Origin: Candidatus Babeliales bacterium
GTDB taxonomy: Bacteria; Babelota; Babeliae; Babelales; JANWKD01
Assembly: GCA_963722075.1 (NCBI GenBank)
Contig: CAVRJM010000001.1
Location: 800,001 to 864,000 of the forward strand
DNA: 64,000 nucleotides
Direction of reading: 5' to 3'
Position numbers and translations under genes: made by a program. The number at the start of each line of letters is the position of its first letter. The first letter of the stretch is position 1. Under the pieces are notes generated by a model that did not search any database, was not told where the DNA came from, and was given only the letters and a program-made list of their open reading frames with translations. Positions 51,568 to 61,154 of the stretch are shown one piece after another.

Positions 51568-52533
51568 CTATTTTTTACCTGATTGCATTTTTTCTTTTTG
51601 TTTTGTCTCAAATTCTGCACGTGCTTTATCACAGCTATAATAAAGAGCTTCAAGGAAATCGACTAAATCGGTAATAAACTCATGAAATACGCGGCAACTG
51701 CCAATATGACGCTCAAAGATAACTGGTTCTTGGCCTGCATCAACGCCCGCCCATTCAAGTAAAAAGCTATACGGACGTTTGTATTTCAAACAAAACTCTG
51801 CAATCAATTTTAAAACCAGCTTTTTAGTCCCTTCATCCATTTTAGTAGAAAACGGTGCATTTGCTTTAATAAAATCCATTTTAGCTGCTAAGAGGCACGG
51901 TGCAAATGCTTGTAATGCTTCTTTATATTTTAATTGTAATAGTTCAAGCTCTTCTTTATATTCCTCTTTATTGCTGATATGTTTAGTAACAACTTCCTCT
52001 TTTCTATCACCAATATCCTGTTGATGCTCCTTTTGCAGTTCACGTTTTAATCTCAATGATTCATAACAACGTTCTTCCGTATCTTTTATCGAGCGATGCA
52101 ATGTTTCTTCCAATTCTTGAATGTGCTGTTCGTGCTCTTCTTCTAATAAAAGCTGTTCAGCATTCCAATCAGTGTTATATTGTTGTTCATCAACTACATA
52201 TTTTTTTTCTAAAATAGCCTTTTGCGATAAATATGCTTGCTCTAATTCTTGCTCATATTGCGCTAACCATTGCAAACTGCGATACTTGCCATCAAAAAGA
52301 TAATACCCTTTAACTTCTTTAGTAGTAGGATCCTGAATCCCATATTGTATTTTTCTTAAACCACGTCGCACATGCAAAATGTCGCCCATAGTGGCGCAAT
52401 CAAGTGCAAATGGTTTATTATCTAACCATTTAATAATAGAATTAGTGAGTTTTGGTTTATTACATTCAGATGCGTACGCAATCAGCGAAAATCCTACCAA
52501 TATACCACAAGACTTTTTTATAATCTTTTTCAT
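51568..52533 (-). CDS. Secreted coiled-coil hypothetical protein
   Basis: Signal ending AYA; Glu/Lys-rich helical core. Confidence 0.75.
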   Translation of the reverse strand: MKKIIKKSCGILVGFSLIAYASECNKPKLTNSIIKWLDNKPFALDCATMGDILHVRRGLRKIQYGIQDPTTKEVKGYYLFDGKYRSLQWLAQYEQELEQAYLSQKAILEKKYVVDEQQYNTDWNAEQLLLEEEHEQHIQELEETLHRSIKDTEERCYESLRLKRELQKEHQQDIGDRKEEVVTKHISNKEEYKEELELLQLKYKEALQAFAPCLLAAKMDFIKANAPFSTKMDEGTKKLVLKLIAEFCLKYKRPYSFLLEWAGVDAGQEPVIFERHIGSCRVFHEFITDLVDFLEALYYSCDKARAEFETKQKEKMQSGKK

Positions 52534-52560
52534 AGCACTCCTTTATCAACTATCTACTTA

Positions 52561-54153
52561 TTAAATATCGACGGTAAATCGAACCGATACAGTAAAATCT
52601 TTTCCGATGCCACTATTTAAAACCGTATAATCGCCATAACCGGTTAAATACCAATCAAACCAACGCCCGTGCTTATAATAATTTACTGAACTAAACAATT
52701 TATTTTGAAATGCACCAGGTCTGGTTGCAATATCAGTTCGTATATTAGCAATTACCAAAGGATCGGCCTTAATTCTGCCTAACTGTTCTTTATCTTGCCA
52801 CCATAAATCATATCCCAGACCAAATTGCCATGTATCACCAAAATTACCAATAATTTCAGTACAAAATTTTACTATGAACCCCGGGTAAACATCAGTTGAA
52901 AACACCATAGGAATAAAGGTATTAATTAACTGTTCATTTAAAAAAGCAAGCTTGGCAGGTGCTTGAGCCGGATCTGCTCCTTCAGCAGTTGTATACGGCT
53001 CAAAAGCATTAAATTGTTGCGCAAATTTTTTCGTTATATAAAAACGCTTTTCATATGCTGGAAACAAATATTCTACCGCACCGCGCGTTACTATTTCAAA
53101 ACGATCATTAAGGGGTAAATAATTTTCAAAAAATGGCGCTAATCCTACATGTCCGCTATTGCCCATATGAACTTGAATCAAATTTGCCGACAGTTTATCA
53201 ATGACTGAAGAAACAAAAGCAATCGACATTTCTTTAACCGCCTCTAAATCAGGCGGTGTACCAAAGGCAAGTTGAAAGAGTTCTAATAAATCAAAGGGTG
53301 CCGCAATTGAATTAGCAGGGAAATTACTTCCTCTTAACCCTCGTACAAAAGCAACGCCGGTAGGCAAGGTCATGTCTAAACCGATATTGAGCTGAAAATT
53401 CTCTTGATCAATTACAAATAAACCAGCTGATAGCCGCGTATCGCCTAAACCAATAGCGTCGCTAATAAAATGCTGATCAATTTCGTCTTGATCGGTACTG
53501 CCTGAATTATCTTCATCAAAAAGAATCGAATTTTCCAACATCTCTTTTTCTTCGGGAGTTAAAAAAAAGTTCCGTTCATTATAATACAAGGGGGTTCTAA
53601 TCTCCAGATTCCATCCATCAATACCGGCATAAAAAGCATCAAACATAAAACCAGTTCGCCGTTCTTGCATCCGTAACATACTAAATAGCTGAATTGCATC
53701 AGGAAGTTGTATGCCAAAATCAGTAAGATCAATATCACCAATAATATTATCGGTAGATAAATTCCAGTATGAAGATAAAAATTTACCTTCTTTAGTATAG
53801 TAATCCTCAGAAGTTTGGTTATAAAAAAACCAACTAGTAACCTCTAAACCCCAACAAGGCAACGTATAATCATGTAAAAAATTAAATGGATAATCGAGCA
53901 AGGATCGTCTTCGCCGATTACCAGGGAACGTAAACATATACAAATCATTTTGCAGGCGATCCTGCAATAAAAGTGGTGGGGACGCAATAAGATCAAGTAC
54001 ATCTTGAGGAGTTATACTCGCCGCATTTCTTTCAATAAAATGCCAATCATCATTATCAGCTAATGCATCTAATTCATCAAATTCAAATCCAGATAGAGGT
54101 AACGTAATAATAAAAACAATAAGGTAAATAAGGGGATATGTAATATTCTTCAT
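52561..54153 (-). CDS. Secreted hypothetical protein, possible outer-membrane beta-barrel
   Basis: Signal peptide; alternating aromatic strands; C-terminal FTVSVRFTVDI. Confidence 0.6.
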   Translation of the reverse strand: MKNITYPLIYLIVFIITLPLSGFEFDELDALADNDDWHFIERNAASITPQDVLDLIASPPLLLQDRLQNDLYMFTFPGNRRRRSLLDYPFNFLHDYTLPCWGLEVTSWFFYNQTSEDYYTKEGKFLSSYWNLSTDNIIGDIDLTDFGIQLPDAIQLFSMLRMQERRTGFMFDAFYAGIDGWNLEIRTPLYYNERNFFLTPEEKEMLENSILFDEDNSGSTDQDEIDQHFISDAIGLGDTRLSAGLFVIDQENFQLNIGLDMTLPTGVAFVRGLRGSNFPANSIAAPFDLLELFQLAFGTPPDLEAVKEMSIAFVSSVIDKLSANLIQVHMGNSGHVGLAPFFENYLPLNDRFEIVTRGAVEYLFPAYEKRFYITKKFAQQFNAFEPYTTAEGADPAQAPAKLAFLNEQLINTFIPMVFSTDVYPGFIVKFCTEIIGNFGDTWQFGLGYDLWWQDKEQLGRIKADPLVIANIRTDIATRPGAFQNKLFSSVNYYKHGRWFDWYLTGYGDYTVLNSGIGKDFTVSVRFTVDI

Positions 54154-54336
54154 TATACTTATAATAGTAGGCTCTCATTAATCTTTTTTAAAAACAGACT
54201 CATCCTACCCTAAATTTTTTAAGCTGACAAAGCCTTTTAAGCAATGTTTTACCATTAGCTTTTTTAAAATAAACTCATTAAACTTAAAAAAACCTTATGG
54301 GATAAAAGATTTTTTACTATTGGAGTAACCCCTTGT

Positions 54337-55059
54337 ATGCACAATCAAACAAAAAAATATCGTCGTATTATTGTTGAAGGAAATGTAGGGGCAGGTAAAT
54401 CTACCTTTTTACGGTTATTACAAAACACCTTCTGGGCTCATTTTATTCTTGAACCGCATGAAGAATGGCAAAATGTAGGCGGTCATAACCTTCTTCAAGA
54501 ATTTTATACCAATCAAACGCGCTGGGCTTATACCTTTCAATCATATGCTTTCATAACTCGTATGCGCGCCGAAGAAGAAAATATAAGGAATAACCCTCAT
54601 GAGACTTATATCCTAGAACGATCGGTATTTTCAGATCGTTATTGCTTTGCCAAAAACTGTTTTGAGATGGGTGTTATTAGTTCGCTGGAATGGCGTTTAT
54701 ATCAGGAATGGTTTTCTTGGCTCATTGAAAGCCAATATTACCTACCCGATGGTTTTATTTACTTACAAACTGATCCAGAGGTATGTTATCAACGAATGAT
54801 TAAAAGAAATCGTTGTGAGGAATCAGCGGTAAGCTTGGAATATCTTACTATGCTCCACCAAAAACATGAAAACTGGCTTGTTAACAAAAAAGATATTCAA
54901 CCTGCTTTAAAAGAGGTCCCCGTCTTAACATTAACGTGCAATGAGGATTTTGAACATAATGCGCAACAACGGGATTACCTTTTTTCAACCATTAGGGAAT
55001 TCTTTAATATCCCTTTATTAGGTGAAAAAAAAGAGATCTTAATGCAACGTACCTTGTAA
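54337..55059 (+). CDS. Deoxynucleoside kinase
   Basis: VEGNVGAGKST, EPHEEW, LERSVFSDRYCF, IYLQTDP. Confidence 0.92.
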   Translation: MHNQTKKYRRIIVEGNVGAGKSTFLRLLQNTFWAHFILEPHEEWQNVGGHNLLQEFYTNQTRWAYTFQSYAFITRMRAEEENIRNNPHETYILERSVFSDRYCFAKNCFEMGVISSLEWRLYQEWFSWLIESQYYLPDGFIYLQTDPEVCYQRMIKRNRCEESAVSLEYLTMLHQKHENWLVNKKDIQPALKEVPVLTLTCNEDFEHNAQQRDYLFSTIREFFNIPLLGEKKEILMQRTL

Positions 55060-55136
55060 AAAGAAAGAAAAGAGAGTTACAATAAGCTTTAAGAGTTATT
55101 TTGATTGCTAAAATTGCTAAAGATTAAAGGAACGTT

Positions 55137-55382
55137 ATGGAAGGTATTTATATAGCAAAAGCAGCAGCAGTATTAGGGGCAGCATTTGTGGTAGGTATTG
55201 GCTGTATTGCTCCAGCATATGGTCAGGGTTTGGTAGGATCAGAGGCATGCAAAAATATCGGTAAGTACCCGCAAAGCTCAAAAGATATTCGTGCTACGAT
55301 GATTTTGGCTATGGGTATTATTGAATCTTCTGCCGTTTATGCCTTACTTATTGCGTTATTATTATTGTTTTTAAGATCGTAA
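55137..55382 (+). CDS. atpE: ATP synthase F0 subunit c
   Basis: GIGCIAPAYGQG, IGKYP loop, carboxylate in IESSAVY. Confidence 0.9.
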   Translation: MEGIYIAKAAAVLGAAFVVGIGCIAPAYGQGLVGSEACKNIGKYPQSSKDIRATMILAMGIIESSAVYALLIALLLLFLRS

Positions 55383-55404
55383 GTGTTTATATAATGGTCG
55401 GTTA

Positions 55405-55764
55405 ATGAATCCTAATCTTACCTTTTTTGTACAAATAATACATTTTATAATTGCTTATATTATAATAGAGAAATTTTTCCTCAGACCACTGCTACAGCTC
55501 ATTAATAAAGAAAAGCATTATTATGATGAACTTATTAATACAATTCATAAACACCAACAATTACTAAAAGCTAAAGAAGAGTTAAAAATTACTGAGTGGC
55601 GCAATATAAAACATTTCTTTGCTACTATAATCCCTAAACGGATTGCGAAACTTTTTCCTCCTTATAAACAACTAGAAATTCCTCCTATGAATGAAAAGGA
55701 AATGCAGAAAACAGTTCAAGAATTAAAAACATTTTTAATCAAAAGGTTAAGCAATGTTTCCTAA
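55405..55764 (+). CDS. ATP synthase subunit b'-like
   Basis: NLTFFVQIIHF...FFLRPL N-terminal TM; position in operon. Confidence 0.7.
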   Translation: MNPNLTFFVQIIHFIIAYIIIEKFFLRPLLQLINKEKHYYDELINTIHKHQQLLKAKEELKITEWRNIKHFFATIIPKRIAKLFPPYKQLEIPPMNEKEMQKTVQELKTFLIKRLSNVS

Positions 55765-56242
55765 CGCATCGGCCATTTTTTTTCAGCTCTTAAATTTTGC
55801 ATCGTTTACTCTTTTTATTGGCTTTTTATTTAAAAAGTATGCATTGCCTTCAATCAGACAACATATCAAAGAAAAAAAGATGCTTATTCATACGCTGGAA
55901 CAGCAAAAACAGGATATTAAATATTTACAAAATAATTTAGAAAGCGCGCTTGAACAACAACACTATATAGCACAAGAATTAACCAAGAAAATCTATTTTT
56001 GGCAATCGCATGTACACCATTGCCAAGAAGAAATACAAAAACAACAGAGGCATATACAAGAACAGATGGCACATAAAAAACATACACAACAACAAGAACT
56101 TCTTTTATACTATTTTAATCTACATGCTATACCACCAATGATTACCGGCGTTGAGGAAGCATTAAAGCAAGAGTTTTCTTCCGTTGACGTTCATACAGAC
56201 TTTTTAAAAAAAATTACTACTTTTATAAAAGAGCACAATTAA
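55754..56242 (+). CDS. atpF: ATP synthase subunit b
   Basis: QLLNF...KKYALP TM followed by coiled coil. Confidence 0.7.
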   Translation: MFPNASAIFFQLLNFASFTLFIGFLFKKYALPSIRQHIKEKKMLIHTLEQQKQDIKYLQNNLESALEQQHYIAQELTKKIYFWQSHVHHCQEEIQKQQRHIQEQMAHKKHTQQQELLLYYFNLHAIPPMITGVEEALKQEFSSVDVHTDFLKKITTFIKEHN

Positions 56243-56788
56243 ATGAATGGTGTAGAAAATATTCTTGCAAAAAAATATGCAACAGCTTTTTTAAATCTTC
56301 ATATCGATACCATTGATACCAAGCACTATCAGGCATTTAAAAAGGTAAGTTTATATGGCAAAAAAAATGATCGCTTCTTTTTTTTATTACAAACCCCAAC
56401 TATTCCTTTTGAATACAAGCAAAAAGTTTTAAACGCTTTTGTAGAGCAATCTTCGTTACCACCGATTCTTGTTCAGCTTATTGCCTTATTGTTACGGCAA
56501 CAACGCATTATTTTATTACCGCTGATTTTTGAACAAATCGTGAAGCTCTATGAATACCGAAAAAAAATAATGCCATTTACTTTTTTTACCTCATATGCCT
56601 TAACCGAAGATGAACTCACGGCGATCACAATGTTTCTTGAAAAACAGACGCATAATCATATTATTAGTCATCAACAGCTACAACCTTCCTTAATAGCTGG
56701 CATACGTTTGCAAAGTGACTTTTTTTTATGGGAATATTCTATTGCAAAACAAATACGTACGTTACGCAATCAAGTAATAAAAAGGTAA
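56243..56788 (+). CDS. atpH: ATP synthase subunit delta
   Basis: LAKKYATAF, PSLIAGIRLQ, YSIAKQI. Confidence 0.85.
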   Translation: MNGVENILAKKYATAFLNLHIDTIDTKHYQAFKKVSLYGKKNDRFFFLLQTPTIPFEYKQKVLNAFVEQSSLPPILVQLIALLLRQQRIILLPLIFEQIVKLYEYRKKIMPFTFFTSYALTEDELTAITMFLEKQTHNHIISHQQLQPSLIAGIRLQSDFFLWEYSIAKQIRTLRNQVIKR

Positions 56789-56794
56789 AAAGAC

Positions 56795-58303
56795 ATGGAA
56801 TTAAAAAGCTCAGATCTTATATCGCTCTTTGAAAAATCATTAATTAATTTATCGCAAGAGAAGCTAGAAGAAACCGGTATTGTCATTCAAGTTGGTGATA
56901 ATATTTGTAAAGTATATGGATTAACTAATGCTATATATGGCGAACTCATTGAATTTGAAAGAGGCAATAAAGGCATTATATTTAGCCTTGAAGAAGATTA
57001 TGTAGCCGTTTTTTTACTGTATACCACCATTGGCGTTGTAGAATTAGAAGTAGCCAAAAGAACAGGTAGTACTTTCCAAGCACCCGTCGGTATGAATCTA
57101 CTAGGGCGCGCTCTGAATGCTATCGGTCAACCTATCGATGCACTCGGTGAGTTAAAACCAGAACAATATAAACCTATTGAGGAATTAATTCCCGGTATTA
57201 TTGAACGCAGCCCTATCGATGAACCGTTACAAACGGGTATTTTAGTTATTGATTCATTAGTGCCAATTGGTAAGGGACAACGAGAACTTATTATTGGTAA
57301 TAGAAATACGGGCAAAACCGCCATAGTAATTGACACTATCCTTAATCAAAAAGGTAAAAACGTTTATTGTGTTTATGTTTCTATTGGCCAACGACAAGCA
57401 AATCTGGCACGTATTATTGCAACCCTTGAAGAACATAATGCATTAGAATACAGTATTATCGTAAGTGCTGATGCCAGCGAATCTTCTCTCAATCAATATT
57501 TAGCTCCCTATGTAGGATGCACGATTGCTGAATATTTCCGTGATCAAGGGAAAGATGCCCTAATTATTTATGATGACTTAAGTAATCATGCTATTGCTTA
57601 TCGAGAAATGTCATTATTACTCCGACGCCCACCAGGGCGTGAAGCATATCCTGGCGACGTGTTCTTTTTACATTCACGCCTTTTGGAACGTGCTGGAAAA
57701 CTTACTAACGGCGGTTCTTTAACAGCACTACCAATTGTGCAAATTCAAAGTGATGATATTACCGCTTATATTCCAACCAATCTCATTTCTATCACTGATG
57801 GCCAAATTTTTTTAGATACGCAACTTTTTAATCAAGGTATACGACCTGCCGTAAACGTAGAGCTTTCTGTTTCACGAGTGGGCAGTGCAGCACAAACAAA
57901 AGCAGTTAAAAAAGTTACTAAGTCATTACGATTAGAAATTGCACAATACAATGAACTGTTAGATTTTTCACAATTTGGTACCGAGCTTGATCTTATTGCT
58001 CAAAAAAGACTTTCACGTGGCGCACTTGCCCAAGAGATTTTGAAACAACCACAGTTCGCTCATTACTCATTTGTGGATGAAACCATCATCCTCTTTTTAT
58101 TAAAAGAAAATTTTCTACATGATATTTCGCCCAAAGATGTACATGAATTTATTACGCAATGCATCAGTTATATACGCAGCGTTTATTCAGATCTTTATGA
58201 TGCTATTACCCAGTCAACTGACCTTAGTGAGCAAAGTAGTAAAAATTTATTTGACGCCGCACAGGAATTTAAGAAGATTTTTGTGCCTTCTGAAGGTAAA
58301 TAA
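56795..58303 (+). CDS. atpA: ATP synthase F1 subunit alpha
   Basis: GQRELIIGNRNTGKT, RRPPGREAYPGDVF, SITDGQIFL, SVSRVG. Confidence 0.97.
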   Translation: MELKSSDLISLFEKSLINLSQEKLEETGIVIQVGDNICKVYGLTNAIYGELIEFERGNKGIIFSLEEDYVAVFLLYTTIGVVELEVAKRTGSTFQAPVGMNLLGRALNAIGQPIDALGELKPEQYKPIEELIPGIIERSPIDEPLQTGILVIDSLVPIGKGQRELIIGNRNTGKTAIVIDTILNQKGKNVYCVYVSIGQRQANLARIIATLEEHNALEYSIIVSADASESSLNQYLAPYVGCTIAEYFRDQGKDALIIYDDLSNHAIAYREMSLLLRRPPGREAYPGDVFFLHSRLLERAGKLTNGGSLTALPIVQIQSDDITAYIPTNLISITDGQIFLDTQLFNQGIRPAVNVELSVSRVGSAAQTKAVKKVTKSLRLEIAQYNELLDFSQFGTELDLIAQKRLSRGALAQEILKQPQFAHYSFVDETIILFLLKENFLHDISPKDVHEFITQCISYIRSVYSDLYDAITQSTDLSEQSSKNLFDAAQEFKKIFVPSEGK

Positions 58304-58327
58304 ATTATAAGGAATCAATATTCTTAA

Positions 58328-58399
58328 TGGACCTTACGCTAACGCTCAGGATGACATACGATTTGTCATCATGAGAAGTGAAACGACGTAATGATCCAG
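58328..58399. repeat. Degenerate REP pair between convergent genes
   Basis: tggaccttacgctaacgctcaggatgac and gtcatcatgag...cgtaatgatccag, followed by ttataaaataaagtc (resembles the reverse complement of the 37573/50942 spacer end). Confidence 0.7.
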
Positions 58400-58434
58400 T
58401 TATAAAATAAAGTCAAATTTCTATAAATAACTTA

Positions 58435-59307
58435 TCATTCTAAATACGTTGCCAGTCGCTTCTTCCATCCAGGCCAAAATTTCTCTTCTTGTCGCTCTTG
58501 GGGAGCATTTTCAATACGGCGTTTGAGCACCAATTCTGCTGCCTGAACAAAATCTTGAATTGCAGTATCAGCGTCGCTCCCCTCCATCTCTTGTAGCACA
58601 TCTGATAATCCCCAGCCATAATTTCCATATTCTTCTTGTGGTCCCCCAATTCCTTTAAATGAAGTGTAATCCATTACAATTGATAAACCTGTTGGTAATT
58701 GCATAAGTCGTTGAAACTGAGTACAAAACTGTTCATGGTCATCACCCGCTAATCCCTTACCTTTTTGTCTCACCGCATAAGAAAATTCTTTAACAATAAA
58801 ACATAATTGCAAATCGATAGTATCTTTCAGAAAGGCGCGTAATGTTTCCATACGTTCTTTATGAAAATCCTCATAAAAAGCCTCCCGTTTATCCCAGGGG
58901 CATATCTCTTTATCAAATCTAAGAACGTCATCTATTTTTTTCTTATATTTTTTTTCTAAGAACTGTAAAAGAAGCGGAAAGCGTTGATGGGTAAATGAAA
59001 GTGATACATGTTGAGGAAACCAAATAAAATGGCCAATGCCCATTGATGGAAATTCTTCTTTTGCATTCCAAAAGGTCAAATTCTCATACTTACCGCCACA
59101 TTCATTGTGCCACAACCGTGCTGCTAATGCTTTTATATGATCAACGGTAATAGTACCCGTCATATTTTGAATGCGACATATTTGCTTATATGTTTTTAAA
59201 AAAGTATCGATCTGATCAGTCTGAAATATGAGTTCTTCCACTCGTTCACATGAATATATATTGTTACCAAATACTAGTAAAACAATAATGATTAAACTCT
59301 TCTTCAT
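58435..59307 (-). CDS. Secreted conserved-looking hypothetical protein
   Basis: Signal peptide; WHNECGG, FWNAKEEFPSMGIGHFIWFP, DYTSFKG, GWKKRLATY. Confidence 0.75.
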   Translation of the reverse strand: MKKSLIIIVLLVFGNNIYSCERVEELIFQTDQIDTFLKTYKQICRIQNMTGTITVDHIKALAARLWHNECGGKYENLTFWNAKEEFPSMGIGHFIWFPQHVSLSFTHQRFPLLLQFLEKKYKKKIDDVLRFDKEICPWDKREAFYEDFHKERMETLRAFLKDTIDLQLCFIVKEFSYAVRQKGKGLAGDDHEQFCTQFQRLMQLPTGLSIVMDYTSFKGIGGPQEEYGNYGWGLSDVLQEMEGSDADTAIQDFVQAAELVLKRRIENAPQERQEEKFWPGWKKRLATYLE

Positions 59308-59441
59308 AGATTTCCTTCACTTTTTGATTTACAACAAGCAACAATATAATAAAGTATTTCATTAAAAACTCAGTAAAAAATATTGAAAAAAAACAATAAT
59401 GATCATTAATCTTTAATAACCACACCCGATATAAAATTAGT

Positions 59442-61154
59442 ATGGAGATCCGTATGCTCAGAAAAATAGTAATTCTTTTTTCTATGATGACTCTTTACGC
59501 AACCAAGCCACCGTTCTTAGAACAGAGCAGTAAATGGGCTCAACAAACAATCGAGTCAATGACGCTTGAACAAAAGATAGGACAATTATTTATAGTTGCA
59601 GCTGCTTCTAATGATGAACAACCCAATGAAAGTTTAGCATCTGCTTTTATCAATTCCCCGTATAACATGGACCCAGAACATGTTATACAGTTAATTAAAG
59701 AATATCATGTCGGCGGCGTTATTTTTCTTTTTAAAAGTGATCCAGAGCGGCAAAATGCCTTATTAACACAGTTTAAAGAAATTGCCTCTATACCATTGCT
59801 TATTGCACAAGATTGCGAATGGGGCCTCAGCATGCGCCTTGATAATGATCCGAGCAAAGTGGTACGTTATCCGCGCAACATGACATTGGGGGCTATAGCA
59901 AATCAAAACCTTATCTATAGACTTGGTAATGAAATTGGTAAACAATGTGCTGCGCTTGGTATACACCTTAATCTGGCTCCTGTCGCCGATGTTAATAATA
60001 ATCCTAAAAATCCAGTAATTCATGACCGATCTTTTGGTGATGACCCACAACGCGTTGCTCAATTAGCAGCACTTTTTGCACAAGGATTACAAGATGCCGG
60101 CATTTTAGCATGTGCTAAACATTTTCCGGGACATGGCGATACCGCTGTTGATTCTCATCTGAGCCTTCCGGTGATACCGCATGATAAAAAAAGGCTCGAG
60201 GAAGTCGAATTACCTCCTTTTAAACAACTTATTAATAAGGGAATCAGTGCTGTTATGACCGGGCATTTATCGGTACCTGCTTTTGATGATACCGTACATC
60301 AATCGGCCACCATGTCATCTGCACTTATTAATCAACAACTCAAAGCGGTGTTAGGATTTAAAGGATTAGTGATCACCGATGGATTAGGCATGCAGGCCAT
60401 TACTGATCATTATAAACCCGGAGAAATTGAGCTAAAAGCACTACGAGCAGGCAATGATATATTATTATGCCCCGTAGATGTGCCACAAGCATTTAAACAC
60501 ATCCTTAATGCAGTACACAATGGAGCTATTACTGAAAGTGATATTAACCAACGGGTATTAAAAATTCTTCAAGCAAAAGAATGGGTACTTAATCAGCACT
60601 CTCAAGATATCACTGATGCCTTATCATATATTGTGCGCCCGCAAGCATACGCATTACAAAAAAAATTATTTAGAAAAGCAATTACCGTAACCAACCATAA
60701 ATTAATACCGCTCCAAGAATCACCTGATTCAACCACGCTTATTCAAATTGGTACGTTACCAGAGGGTTCTTTCATCAAACAATGTACCCACTATGGCAGG
60801 TCCGTTTTTGCCACCTCTCATTCTTTATCAGAGGATAATGAATTAGAGAATTGTTTACTTCAGGCATCCAATGCTGATGTTGCAGTGCTCAGTATTGGCC
60901 AAATGAACAAATTTGTTGATAAAAATTATGGCATTGCAAGCAATGTGCAACTGCTTATTAATAAACTTAAAGATGCGCACAAAAAGGTTGCGGTTATTCT
61001 TTTTGGCACGCCTTACAGCATCAATGTACTTGATAACGTTGATGAATTTATGGTTGTCTATGAAGACGCATCCCCTGCACAAGAGGCCGCTGTTGATATT
61101 TTATTTGGCAACAAAAAGGCACAAGGAATATTACCCATTACCTTAAATAAGTAG
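59442..61154 (+). CDS. nagZ: GH3 beta-N-acetylglucosaminidase
   Basis: APVADVN, RSFGDD, KHFPGHGDTAVDSH, VITDGLGM. Confidence 0.9.
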   Translation: MEIRMLRKIVILFSMMTLYATKPPFLEQSSKWAQQTIESMTLEQKIGQLFIVAAASNDEQPNESLASAFINSPYNMDPEHVIQLIKEYHVGGVIFLFKSDPERQNALLTQFKEIASIPLLIAQDCEWGLSMRLDNDPSKVVRYPRNMTLGAIANQNLIYRLGNEIGKQCAALGIHLNLAPVADVNNNPKNPVIHDRSFGDDPQRVAQLAALFAQGLQDAGILACAKHFPGHGDTAVDSHLSLPVIPHDKKRLEEVELPPFKQLINKGISAVMTGHLSVPAFDDTVHQSATMSSALINQQLKAVLGFKGLVITDGLGMQAITDHYKPGEIELKALRAGNDILLCPVDVPQAFKHILNAVHNGAITESDINQRVLKILQAKEWVLNQHSQDITDALSYIVRPQAYALQKKLFRKAITVTNHKLIPLQESPDSTTLIQIGTLPEGSFIKQCTHYGRSVFATSHSLSEDNELENCLLQASNADVAVLSIGQMNKFVDKNYGIASNVQLLINKLKDAHKKVAVILFGTPYSINVLDNVDEFMVVYEDASPAQEAAVDILFGNKKAQGILPITLNK

